This document shows positions 53,024-62,726 of a stretch of 64,000 nt of DNA, piece after piece. The notes under the pieces are model-generated. The model did not search any database. It had not been told where the DNA came from and saw only the letters and a list, made by a program, of their open reading frames with translations. The DNA lies in sequence record MK514281.1, one strand, 5' to 3'. The position numbers and the translations under genes were made by a program. Position 1 is the stretch's first letter; the number at the start of each line of letters is the position of its first letter.

Positions 53024-55973
53024 TTAAGCTTGACTTCGCTGAGGTATGCTTCAGGAAGGTGATGGAGATGTCTTCTTTCACCGTTAAGGTTTCATCCGAC
53101 GCCACATCTACCCGTTTCTTGATGGCACACCGCATGGTGTCATCTAATGCGGTCATGACTTTGATGTCACCGTTCACCCCGAGTGCTTTAAACTCGATGT
53201 CAACCACATCAGACGTTCGATACGGTTTCAGCGCATCAACCAGATCTGTTAGACCAAAGGTCGCCCGGGCAATCACAGCAGCAACCGCTGGACTCACTTT
53301 CGCTGACAGGTTGTCACGCAACGAGGTGTTCTTGTAACCGTTGTCGGTCATGTAGAAGGTTACGTCAAAACCAATCGCGGCGGAGATCTGACGAGACTCT
53401 CGTGCATTGGCAATCACATCGATCAAGCCCAGGGTTTGTTTCGGTCGTAACGACACCGTGGTCTTCTCAAGCAACTGCCGCTTCACCGTAACCATATCTT
53501 GCGTCACCCAGTCAACCAGATCAGAGATCACATCAGTGATGTATGTCTTATCCAGCGGGTTACCGGTAAAGTAGTAGACACCATCCAGACCCACCACATC
53601 GATCTCACGCACCACCACACGTTCATTAAGCGGGATAGGGTTACCTTGCTCATCCGACTTAATGTCACCCACCCGATAACGATAGATGATGTTGTTATCA
53701 GCGTCATACATGATGTCGCCTTTGGCGTGCAGGATGATCGGTTGGTTGTTGCTGTCAAACACCAATTGGTTAGTGACCGCATCACGCTGATACACTGTCT
53801 CTGCATAGCGCCATGGTACATCGACATCGTACTTCTGATACTCGATGTCAGACACCACTGAACGCGACCGCTGGTACAGGTAGGTCAGGGCTTTGCCCAT
53901 CACCACATCGTAGGACTGCTCCGTCACCACCACGAACTGCTGATCCAGGTAGAAACTCCCCAGCTTCTTATCACTGTCGCTGTACACCACATCGTTCGGT
54001 GATTTGGCCACCGCAATACAGTTCAGCAGGATGAAGTTCTTTTCCAGTACCGAGCGCAACTTAGACGGTGCATTACCAAACTGACCAAAGGAGGTCAGGA
54101 TGATCTCGTCCTCGTTGGTGATGTCGAGATTACTGTCAATGTCAAACTGCCAGACACGTTCGCGGGTTGCTGTCCGACCGATCATCACGCCATTGAGGTA
54201 GCCGTAGTTGCTTTCCCCTTCTGGCATGAACAGTAACTGACACGCCACATCGCTGTCTGCCAGGTCTTTGTAGTAATCACCTGAACTCGTCACCACGGTT
54301 GCTCTAAAGCCATTGGTGGTTTTGGTAAAGGTAAAACTGTCCGCCACAAGTTCAACACCGATGGAGTTGTTCTCATAGCTGAATACCCGACCTGCTACAG
54401 AAGGACGATCCAGATCATAGACCCGAGTGGTAAACGCATCGTTATTCGCATCCAACACCATGTAGAAAGGTGAGAACATGAACACGTTGTTGTTGACCGT
54501 CAAGGCACGACTGTCTAATCCCGCACCGTTGATCGTAGCCAGCTCCGCATCGGATACCATGTTGTAGATGCCGTTGACCAGCCGGTATAAGGCGGTCGGG
54601 GTGATGGTGATGCGATTGCCGTTGTCACGCACTGCGGTATTACTGACCAACTGCAACATCGATGACTGCAGGGTAATGATCCCGGTACCGGCCGGCGTGT
54701 TGATACCAGACTTGTTGGTCTGCGGATTCAGTGACCGTGTCGCATGGTAAATACGTTGCGTCACTGTGTCTTCTGATTTCAATGCCCCGTAGCCTAAATC
54801 GACCAGGGTTTGTGAGACCTGCGCTTCAGTAATCGGTAAGACCGTTTTATTGGCCGAATAGATCACCGCTTCCCGCAACGCTTCAACACTGAGACCGTTC
54901 ACCCCACCGCTGACACCGCTGCTGATCGACATGGTCTTTTCATTAAAGACGGTCAATGGGGTAGAGTACTTATCCAACACCCGATCTTCGTAATTGAAGT
55001 CACGGTAGACCGCACTGATCGAAGAAGACTGCAGCGCCAGCGTTTCGATAACCAGGTTACCTTTACTGGTGTAGACATCCGCCCGCACCTGACGACCCAC
55101 TGCCAGATTGTTGGAGATGTAGATTTCCGGTAGCACAACCTTCACTGAGTCTTCTAACACCTGGGCGACGAAGGTCAGCTTGGTGTTGTCATAGACCAGG
55201 TCATCATGGGTGACGTACGCCTCTTCCCACTCATCGGTCACATTCGCCCGCGTAAAGACGCGCAGGTAATAGAACTGATCACCTTTTAATGGATAGGTAT
55301 TGCGATACCCACTCATGCTGGTAATCTGACCGTAATAAGGCTGGGCTTTGAACTGACGTAAAGGTACCGTGATGTAGAGCAGTTCAACCCCGTTGAAGAT
55401 CGCAGTGCGCCAGGTTAACTGGTTGGTTTCAACCGTCAGTAACGGGCTGGGTTGCGACACATCGTACACCACCACAAAGCCGCCATGTTTCATCACCCGG
55501 ATTTCAATCGGATACTCCAGACTGAAGGTGACATCCATCACCGTGATTTCCGTGTTGCGCGGAATCACCATCTTCGAGTAGATGCTGTCGATGTCATCGC
55601 TACCACTGCTGTCGAGTTGCACCGCTCGTGCCCGAATCTCATCGGCATTGAAAATGAAGTTGGTGGTGATACGTGACGGAGTACAGAAACGGTTCTTGTA
55701 ATCCTCATCACTCATGTTGCGATACAGATCTTCATACGTCCGCGCCATCTTCGGGTAGTACGCCGTATAAAGGTCTTCATGGTTTTGCATCACCGCTGAA
55801 CCGGTCAGGGCAACCAGCTCAAAAGCAAACATCGCAGGGTTGGTGGCATTCATGATATCAATCGTGCCGTCCATGTTTTGGTCTAACAGATCGAGTGTGT
55901 AGTCCATCATCAACGATGGATCATTACGCAGGTCGATCATTTTCTGTTTACGTACGTCGATGCTGTCGCTCAT
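53016..55973 (-). CDS. Large baseplate wedge-like virion protein (gp6/J-like; phiKZ gp87 position)
   Basis: 985 aa; SGGVNGLSVEALREAV resembles the baseplate J GG-x-D-x-E-x-x-x-x-LR motif. Confidence 0.6.
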   Translation of the reverse strand: MSDSIDVRKQKMIDLRNDPSLMMDYTLDLLDQNMDGTIDIMNATNPAMFAFELVALTGSAVMQNHEDLYTAYYPKMARTYEDLYRNMSDEDYKNRFCTPSRITTNFIFNADEIRARAVQLDSSGSDDIDSIYSKMVIPRNTEITVMDVTFSLEYPIEIRVMKHGGFVVVYDVSQPSPLLTVETNQLTWRTAIFNGVELLYITVPLRQFKAQPYYGQITSMSGYRNTYPLKGDQFYYLRVFTRANVTDEWEEAYVTHDDLVYDNTKLTFVAQVLEDSVKVVLPEIYISNNLAVGRQVRADVYTSKGNLVIETLALQSSSISAVYRDFNYEDRVLDKYSTPLTVFNEKTMSISSGVSGGVNGLSVEALREAVIYSANKTVLPITEAQVSQTLVDLGYGALKSEDTVTQRIYHATRSLNPQTNKSGINTPAGTGIITLQSSMLQLVSNTAVRDNGNRITITPTALYRLVNGIYNMVSDAELATINGAGLDSRALTVNNNVFMFSPFYMVLDANNDAFTTRVYDLDRPSVAGRVFSYENNSIGVELVADSFTFTKTTNGFRATVVTSSGDYYKDLADSDVACQLLFMPEGESNYGYLNGVMIGRTATRERVWQFDIDSNLDITNEDEIILTSFGQFGNAPSKLRSVLEKNFILLNCIAVAKSPNDVVYSDSDKKLGSFYLDQQFVVVTEQSYDVVMGKALTYLYQRSRSVVSDIEYQKYDVDVPWRYAETVYQRDAVTNQLVFDSNNQPIILHAKGDIMYDADNNIIYRYRVGDIKSDEQGNPIPLNERVVVREIDVVGLDGVYYFTGNPLDKTYITDVISDLVDWVTQDMVTVKRQLLEKTTVSLRPKQTLGLIDVIANARESRQISAAIGFDVTFYMTDNGYKNTSLRDNLSAKVSPAVAAVIARATFGLTDLVDALKPYRTSDVVDIEFKALGVNGDIKVMTALDDTMRCAIKKRVDVASDETLTVKEDISITFLKHTSAKSSLTA

Positions 55974-55982
55974 CGTAGCCTC

Positions 55983-57008
55983 TTATTTTTGATCCTTCGG
56001 AACCCACCACTGGAATTCGTTCGTCATCACGTCGATATAAGGATAACCAATAAAGTTGTAGCGCTGCATTTCACCCGGGGAGATTTTGCGGAAGAACGTG
56101 TTACGGTTTGCGGCTTTCATCTGCGGGTTAAATAACTCGACACAACTGTTGAAATCCAGGATCAGGGATTGCGTGTTATAGCGCCAGCCCACACACTGCC
56201 AGTTACAACTGATTTGGTTATTGTTCTTGATCAGTGGGGTGTCTTTGGTGGTGCCAAAGTCAAACGCATTACCAATCGGGTTGGTGGTACAGATTGCTGC
56301 GTAGGGTGCACCGATCTTCGTCACATAGCGTGAAGTCTGATCCAGGATGATGCGATAGAAGCGCATGGTGTAATCAATATAGTTGTTAACAATGGCGTCC
56401 CAGTAGGGAACCATGTCGCCAAGGTATACCGATGAGCTGTACGTTTGCAGCAGATCCAGGATCATGGTGATCGGGTCACCTGAGATGTTGGTGTGCGTTG
56501 ATGTCACCTGATAGGCTTCATTAAACTCCGACTGACCATCAACCATCGACCAGGTTTCTTTACGTGAGCCTGGTGGTGCAGTAAAGGTATCGATCACGAT
56601 ATCGGGAAAACCGGTCATCGATTCCAGGGTGTTTGATAAAATGGACACGAAGGCCTGTTGGTTATCAAACAGTCTGGAGTAGCTTTTTCGATCAATTGTG
56701 CCGGTCGCATCAAACATCGAACGGATCGCACCTGGGATCGTATCGGCGTTGTTTGAAGCAAGCGAAAGCAGCTTTTCTTGTCGATTCAGATTATCGTATG
56801 ACAGGTTAAGGATTGGGCGTGTGAAAAAGGTATACCCCATGACGTCTTTGTTGATGGGTAGAAAGGCGCTACGGTTACTGAATTTGTTCAAACCCCAATA
56901 GTTATGCGCAAGCGATGAGGTTACACTACCATACCCGGACTCCCTTGCAGCCGAGTCAATACTCTCGGTCCACAACCCAGGATTGTAGTCGTCATTGTCA
57001 TTGGCCAT
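55983..57008 (-). CDS. Tail/baseplate virion protein (phiKZ gp88 position)
   Basis: GAGG SD; beta-rich; co-transcribed with the wedge-like gene. Confidence 0.6.
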   Translation of the reverse strand: MANDNDDYNPGLWTESIDSAARESGYGSVTSSLAHNYWGLNKFSNRSAFLPINKDVMGYTFFTRPILNLSYDNLNRQEKLLSLASNNADTIPGAIRSMFDATGTIDRKSYSRLFDNQQAFVSILSNTLESMTGFPDIVIDTFTAPPGSRKETWSMVDGQSEFNEAYQVTSTHTNISGDPITMILDLLQTYSSSVYLGDMVPYWDAIVNNYIDYTMRFYRIILDQTSRYVTKIGAPYAAICTTNPIGNAFDFGTTKDTPLIKNNNQISCNWQCVGWRYNTQSLILDFNSCVELFNPQMKAANRNTFFRKISPGEMQRYNFIGYPYIDVMTNEFQWWVPKDQK

Positions 57009-57046
57009 TACTCATCACCTCTTTGAAATAGAATATCCGTTGAATC

Positions 57047-57054
57047 CATAGGAG
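57047..57054 (-). promoter_or_regulatory. Putative late promoter
   Basis: CTCCTATG on the minus strand upstream of the baseplate genes. Confidence 0.4.
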
Positions 57055-57061
57055 TACTTTT

Positions 57062-58228
57062 ATGTTACCATTAGTTACGGGGGCGATTACACTGGCCAGT
57101 TCGCTTGCGCTTGTCGCCGAACGTATTCTGGCAGCCAAGAAAGCTGCTGGTGAAGTCGCTGGTACTGTTGACAATACGTTGGCCACGTTAGGCCAGATGG
57201 GCACACGTGATTTGGTAACCTTTACCAAGGTGACCCGCATGGAACCTCTGGTGTTGTTAGATGATCGTTTGAAGTTTGATCCTTCGACCCCGGAGATCCT
57301 GCAAGTACTGACCAGTTTGATTGCCGGCTACTATACCCAGGCGTTTGCCCTGCTGGGCCAGGTCGACGGTATTGACGTCATCGGCACCCTGGATAAGCTG
57401 AACCCGTCACGTACTGGTATTGGCCTGAACAACTTTGAAGGTGATCTTGAGAAAGACGGCCTCCATAAATTTAGTAACCAGTCAAATACCCCTCTCTATA
57501 GTATCGGGCTGGAAGCACTGACTGAAGTGCAGAGCGCCGAGAACAAGCCGGTTAAAATCCAGACCGATAAAAATGTCGTGGCTGATATTTCGGCACCGAC
57601 TAACCTGGCGCTGGGTAAGATGATCAAGGTGACCTTGTCAGCTAATGGCAACACCATTGAGATCCCAATCACCATCCGTGTGAAACCTGTCACTACCGGT
57701 AGCGATGCCGTTACGGCGATTCTGGCTATTGGTACCACGAAGAACACCGTGGCTGAGCGCTGGAACCGTTTCAAAGCCGGTGAGCTGACCTTCACTAACC
57801 TGGCTACTGGTGATGACGTGATTCGTCAACACAAGAAGATCCTGGTGCAGGATACCTCGGGCTTCTATGCCGAGATCACCCGTCGTGCCCGTGGTAATGC
57901 GAAGAAAGGTGCCCTGTCCGGTAACCTGTCGCTGGCTACGGATTCTAACGTGGTAATGATCTCTTCAGCCACGGCGCTGGATGTGGGTCGCGAGCTCGGT
58001 GGTGAACTGTCCAACTTCCGTATCCGTGAAGCGATGTTCGCCAAGGTGTACTCTAACATGCTGATCATCGTGGATGACCTGCGTGGCATGGTCTCCTTCT
58101 ACTACCGCGGTGAGTCATTACCAAACGTACTGTCGCTGCAGGATATCAAACTGTATAACAAAGGCAGCGGTCCAGACATCATGTCGATCTTCAGTGCGTT
58201 TGCTGAAAACAAAATCCCTTCCCTTTAA
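57062..58228 (+). CDS. Virion head protein (phiKZ gp89-like)
   Basis: 388 aa; internal GLE|A site; synteny. Confidence 0.65.
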   Translation: MLPLVTGAITLASSLALVAERILAAKKAAGEVAGTVDNTLATLGQMGTRDLVTFTKVTRMEPLVLLDDRLKFDPSTPEILQVLTSLIAGYYTQAFALLGQVDGIDVIGTLDKLNPSRTGIGLNNFEGDLEKDGLHKFSNQSNTPLYSIGLEALTEVQSAENKPVKIQTDKNVVADISAPTNLALGKMIKVTLSANGNTIEIPITIRVKPVTTGSDAVTAILAIGTTKNTVAERWNRFKAGELTFTNLATGDDVIRQHKKILVQDTSGFYAEITRRARGNAKKGALSGNLSLATDSNVVMISSATALDVGRELGGELSNFRIREAMFAKVYSNMLIIVDDLRGMVSFYYRGESLPNVLSLQDIKLYNKGSGPDIMSIFSAFAENKIPSL

Positions 58229-58240
58229 GGATCTCGTTCG

Positions 58241-59134
58241 ATGAACATTTTTAACTACGTCAAAGGCCTGATTGGTACGGTTGACAAACGCGATGTCCTA
58301 AGCGAGATCGATGCCCTGCGTGATGAGCTCACCCGGTTCACCATTAACAACTATGCGAAAGCCATGGATGTTAATGTCAACACCGACGGCAGTAATTACT
58401 ACGTAAAACAGATCAGCCGTGAATTCGCGAAAGTGAAACAGGTTGAAGGTTTACGTGGTCAGAACCTGATCGCTCAAACGTACATCTCCTTAAAGCAGCT
58501 GACCCTGACCCTGGAGTGGATGCGCAAACAGGTTGAGCGTGAGTACGGCGGTCGTATTGCCCGTGAAGCCGTTGACTTTAAACAAGCCAACTTCCTGCGC
58601 TATATCGACTCGATCGACTTCTACCTGCGTTACGCTCGCTCCATGCTGCTCGTGGTGACGTCCCTGAATGCTAACCCATCAGCGGATATCACTAAAGGCT
58701 TCACGGTGCATGAGATCCGTTTCCTGACCGATACTGCTGTGCACTTCATCTACCTGACCTCGCTGTTCTCACAGCCGGTGAGTGTGACTGAGAAAGTGTT
58801 CGATGCGGTGCCATCGGTTGTGGTCTCCGATGCGGATCAGCAAGCGATCGAAGCAGTACTGGGTAACAAGACTGATGTGGCGAGGTCTAACTTCATCCCA
58901 TTGGGTTACAACCCGTTCTTCCTGATTGGTCGTCTGCGTGCTGAACGTCGTGTGAAACGCCTGCGGGCAGCTGAAGCGGCAGCCATTGCCACTGAGCTGA
59001 CCTTGAGCAAGCTCATGGACAAACAAGCAGGCGGGTCAGAAGACCCCACCATTCAGAAACAAATTGATCATTATCAGAATCAGTTGAACCGACTGAACTT
59101 TGAGATCGATCAGATCAAATCCGAAGTAGAGTAA
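58241..59134 (+). CDS. Virion head protein (phiKZ gp90-like)
   Basis: 297 aa; C-terminal coiled coil; synteny. Confidence 0.65.
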   Translation: MNIFNYVKGLIGTVDKRDVLSEIDALRDELTRFTINNYAKAMDVNVNTDGSNYYVKQISREFAKVKQVEGLRGQNLIAQTYISLKQLTLTLEWMRKQVEREYGGRIAREAVDFKQANFLRYIDSIDFYLRYARSMLLVVTSLNANPSADITKGFTVHEIRFLTDTAVHFIYLTSLFSQPVSVTEKVFDAVPSVVVSDADQQAIEAVLGNKTDVARSNFIPLGYNPFFLIGRLRAERRVKRLRAAEAAAIATELTLSKLMDKQAGGSEDPTIQKQIDHYQNQLNRLNFEIDQIKSEVE

Positions 59135-59144
59135 GGAGTCCGTC

Positions 59145-59684
59145 ATGGCAGATCGTGTTAGTACTGGTGCAGAGATTATCTACGGCACCGGCTTTACCTC
59201 CCATGGCGGCCCAGGACAGCAAGGCGTAAAGATCAACGTCGACAACAACGTCATTGATCTTTACCAGCGTTTGGCAGGCAACATCACGCTCGCCGGTAAC
59301 TTTAACTTCCGAAAAGAAGTGTGTGTTACTGCTGCACGACTGTTACTGCCATTGCCAAACTGGCTCCTGGCCACCCGTAGTAATTACCTGCACTCCAAAC
59401 ACGCGCTGTTGTTCGCCCGTGACCTGGGGTTGATTGCAATGGGTAAGAGTCCGGACATGAGTGTGATGACGCGCATGCGTCTGTTTTCACCCAGTTCTGT
59501 GAAGTCCAACCCGGGTGAGCTGAATGCGTCGAATTACGATGCACTCTCGTTGATCCCTAATAAGTTCATTGATGAGCTGCGTACCTATTCCAATGGTGCA
59601 CAGCTGGCTAACCTGACCCGCGACGCACAGCATGTGAAAGACCTGGTCACGTCATTATATGTCATGTTTGGTTCTGTTGAATAA
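59145..59684 (+). CDS. Putative virion protein
   Basis: AAGGAG SD; in the late operon. Confidence 0.65.
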   Translation: MADRVSTGAEIIYGTGFTSHGGPGQQGVKINVDNNVIDLYQRLAGNITLAGNFNFRKEVCVTAARLLLPLPNWLLATRSNYLHSKHALLFARDLGLIAMGKSPDMSVMTRMRLFSPSSVKSNPGELNASNYDALSLIPNKFIDELRTYSNGAQLANLTRDAQHVKDLVTSLYVMFGSVE

Positions 59685-59721
59685 CAGGCCTCAAAATCGG
59701 AATGTAGAGGATACGTAAAAA

Positions 59722-61311
59722 ATGAGTAAAGCATACCTCCATACCCTGCTGACTGCAGGTAATGAAGCGTTTGATGCAGCCGGCGAACCAGTGGGTGTGA
59801 CTGTGGTTGATGCCCCGATCGAAGTGCCTGTTGTTGCAGACCCAGCAGTTGAGCCAGAAGCCCCAGCGGTAACTGATGCGCCAGTGGTTACGCAGGACCC
59901 GGTTGAGCCTGATCCAGAACCAGCAGCGGTCGTCGTTGCCATCAACGAAGATGAAAAAGAGCTGGTCATTGCGTCTACTGAAGCGGCTGCGGCCGAAGTG
60001 GTTGTGATCGAATCTGATTGCGCGCTGGAAGAAGTCGAAGACCTGCTGGACGACCAGATCCAGGTTGTGGCGGAAACTGAAAACATCGTCGCCTCTATGG
60101 AATCGTTCGTCGGTTCTGCGATGACCATGCAGGATGCGCAAGCCCTGCAGCAGTGGGTGCATAACGCCACCCGTGGTCAGTATGATCAAGCTAAAGTTGT
60201 CGGCTCTCTGGAAGCGTTCGGTAACGACGTCTCTACCGATGATGCGCTGAACGCTGGCCTGGAAGGGATCGGCGAGTTCCTGAAAGCGGCCCGTAATAAA
60301 GCAGCTGATCTGCGTAAAGTCATGGTTGCGCGCTGGAACGCATTCTTCAAAGATGTGTTCGTGGGCTTTGATAAAGTCGCACGTCGTGCTGATGCGCTGG
60401 GTAAACTGGCGAAAGGTACTTCAGGCGAATCCAATTCCTCTACTATTCAGCTGCCGCTGGATACAGCCTGGCGTCTGGTGAAAGATGGTAAGGTTTCTCA
60501 GAACCTGCCGAAAGATCTGGGTGACCTGGGTAAATTTGCCAAGGCGGTCTTTAAAGACAACCCGGAAGCGCTGCTGGTTCATCGTAAGAAACTGGTTGAC
60601 ATCGCTGTTCGTCTGTCTACTGCTGACTATGACGACGCGCTGAAGATCGGCAAAGAGCTGGTGAACTTCGAACTGCCAAGCGTTGGCGTGTGCAAAACCA
60701 AAGTGGTCAACAACTCCAACACGGTTGATGTGTATCGCTCTGATGAGTTCCTGGGTGCGCTGTCTATTTTCTATTGCAAACCTGTTGACAAAATCAATGC
60801 GCAGTTACCACTGCCGCGTCAGCTGTCTGACAAGTTCAACTCCATCATTGCGATCGATGTGAGCGTGTCTGAAACCGGTAAGAAAACACCGAAGCTGGAT
60901 GTCTCTATTGATACCCTGCAGCCGGCTGAAATCGCCAAAGTGGCTGATGATGTCAACGCTATCCTGGGCGACATCCGTCAGTACCGCACCAACTACGGTG
61001 AGTGGTATGCGGCGAACAGCGATCTGGATCGTGTGATCGGTATCCTGGCGAACGTACCGTGGTCTGGCGATGCTGGCACCACTACTGTCGACAGCACCAC
61101 TGATGCCGAGGGTAATACCTCAACCATCGTGAACATCATCGGTCTGAACCGCGACCTGGCGGATGTGATTGAAGGCATGCATGACATGTATAGCTACCTG
61201 TCTGTAAGCCCGATCCGTGTCCTGTCTGCCGAACTACTGCCAATCCTGAACCGTGCACTGGAAGTGGGTGAGCGTTCTCTGGCAACCTACAGCGACAACA
61301 ACCTGGCGTAA
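59722..61311 (+). CDS. Inner-body/ejection head protein with acidic propeptide (phiKZ gp93-97 / SPN3US gp53-54-type family)
   Basis: Acidic Pro-rich N-terminus; SME|S, SLE|A and GLE|G sites before an amphipathic helix. Confidence 0.75.
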   Translation: MSKAYLHTLLTAGNEAFDAAGEPVGVTVVDAPIEVPVVADPAVEPEAPAVTDAPVVTQDPVEPDPEPAAVVVAINEDEKELVIASTEAAAAEVVVIESDCALEEVEDLLDDQIQVVAETENIVASMESFVGSAMTMQDAQALQQWVHNATRGQYDQAKVVGSLEAFGNDVSTDDALNAGLEGIGEFLKAARNKAADLRKVMVARWNAFFKDVFVGFDKVARRADALGKLAKGTSGESNSSTIQLPLDTAWRLVKDGKVSQNLPKDLGDLGKFAKAVFKDNPEALLVHRKKLVDIAVRLSTADYDDALKIGKELVNFELPSVGVCKTKVVNNSNTVDVYRSDEFLGALSIFYCKPVDKINAQLPLPRQLSDKFNSIIAIDVSVSETGKKTPKLDVSIDTLQPAEIAKVADDVNAILGDIRQYRTNYGEWYAANSDLDRVIGILANVPWSGDAGTTTVDSTTDAEGNTSTIVNIIGLNRDLADVIEGMHDMYSYLSVSPIRVLSAELLPILNRALEVGERSLATYSDNNLA

Positions 61312-61329
61312 CCGTCATAAGGCAAAGAG

Positions 61330-62715
61330 ATGTCTTTACACCAAAAGCTCCTCTCTGCCGGGCTGGAGGCGTTTGATGCGCCTCCGGCTGCTCCGGTAGT
61401 AGCGGCAGTAGTACCTGCTCCATTTGATAACAACGCCCCGGTTAGCGAAGACCCGGAACTGATTCGTGAAGAGACTGCCGCTCGTTTAGCGCTCGTGTCG
61501 ATCATCGAAGCGGAACGTGACGAAGAAGACTCGCGGTCAGCGGTTTACGAACTGCGTCGTCTGTCTGATGGTTTGGAAGGGTTGATGGTTGAGATTCAAA
61601 ACGTCAACAACCCAGAAGAACCGACTGAAGACGAAATGGCGATGTTGAAAGCCACCGCCCAGCAAGTACGTAAAGAGCTGCTGGAAGATGGTGAGCAAGA
61701 ACTCGTCATCAATGTCGAAAACGGCATTCTGGTTGGTTCACAGGAAGGTCTGGCTGATGCCCTCAGTAATGTGGCGAAGAAGATCGGTTTTGCATTAGGT
61801 AATGCAGCGAAAGGTTTACTGAGCAAAGGCGAGCAGGCGAAAGCGCCGTTGTCTTATAACCGTAAACTGGCAGCTGAACTGAAAGCGAAAATCGATAAGC
61901 TCGGCACGACAGAATTTGACTTTACCATGCCAGCTGATCTGGTCCGTCAGATTCGTGTGAGCGATACCGGTCCGGTTGATGCACTCAAAGCAGTAGCAGA
62001 CTTCCCGGCAGCACTTGATGCCTGGTATCTGACCCCTGCTGATGCAGCAATGAACCTGTTTGAAAAACACGCCAACATCGTGCAGGCGATTGCCGGTAGC
62101 AAGACTCTCGAAGAGTTCAACACGAACTATGCGAAACTGAGCTCACTGGCACCACCGCTGCCTGCAGGCGCTAAACGCCTTGATCCGATTAACACGCGGG
62201 ATTATATCTTCGATGTTAATGAACATCACCCAAGTATGGGTCGTGTGGCTCGCTACTATTATGTTGCGCGTCCGGATGTGGGTAAAACGCCTGAAGATAA
62301 AGCGCTGGATAATGTCATTGCTTTGGCGCAGTATTCGACCGGGATCTATCCGTTCGATAAGATCTCTAAACGCAAAGCAACTGATGAGCAGGTGAAGTTC
62401 AGCGCGGCTGAAGTCAAAGGCTTGCTGGATGACATGCTGAAAGCGTGTGACGTGGTTGATAAGTACCTTTCACGTCTTGCAGTCGCCAGCACAATGGATA
62501 AGCGCTACAACGCTCTGGTTGATTTACTCAACAGCGACTTGCGTAAACAAGAGTGGTGTTCCACAGAAGTCAACCGCATGGCACGCGTTGCGTTGATCTC
62601 AATGGATGCGTATTATTCATACGGGTTTGCTTATACCAGTCGTGCTTACGAGCTGATGGAGGTGATCGTCAAGTTGGTGAAGAAAGCCGTGTATAAATCT
62701 GACCTCAGTAAGTAA
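61330..62715 (+). CDS. Inner-body/ejection head protein, paralog
   Basis: AGLE|AFD leader, SQE|G site, similar architecture. Confidence 0.75.
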   Translation: MSLHQKLLSAGLEAFDAPPAAPVVAAVVPAPFDNNAPVSEDPELIREETAARLALVSIIEAERDEEDSRSAVYELRRLSDGLEGLMVEIQNVNNPEEPTEDEMAMLKATAQQVRKELLEDGEQELVINVENGILVGSQEGLADALSNVAKKIGFALGNAAKGLLSKGEQAKAPLSYNRKLAAELKAKIDKLGTTEFDFTMPADLVRQIRVSDTGPVDALKAVADFPAALDAWYLTPADAAMNLFEKHANIVQAIAGSKTLEEFNTNYAKLSSLAPPLPAGAKRLDPINTRDYIFDVNEHHPSMGRVARYYYVARPDVGKTPEDKALDNVIALAQYSTGIYPFDKISKRKATDEQVKFSAAEVKGLLDDMLKACDVVDKYLSRLAVASTMDKRYNALVDLLNSDLRKQEWCSTEVNRMARVALISMDAYYSYGFAYTSRAYELMEVIVKLVKKAVYKSDLSK

Positions 62716-62726
62716 ACGGAGAAAAC

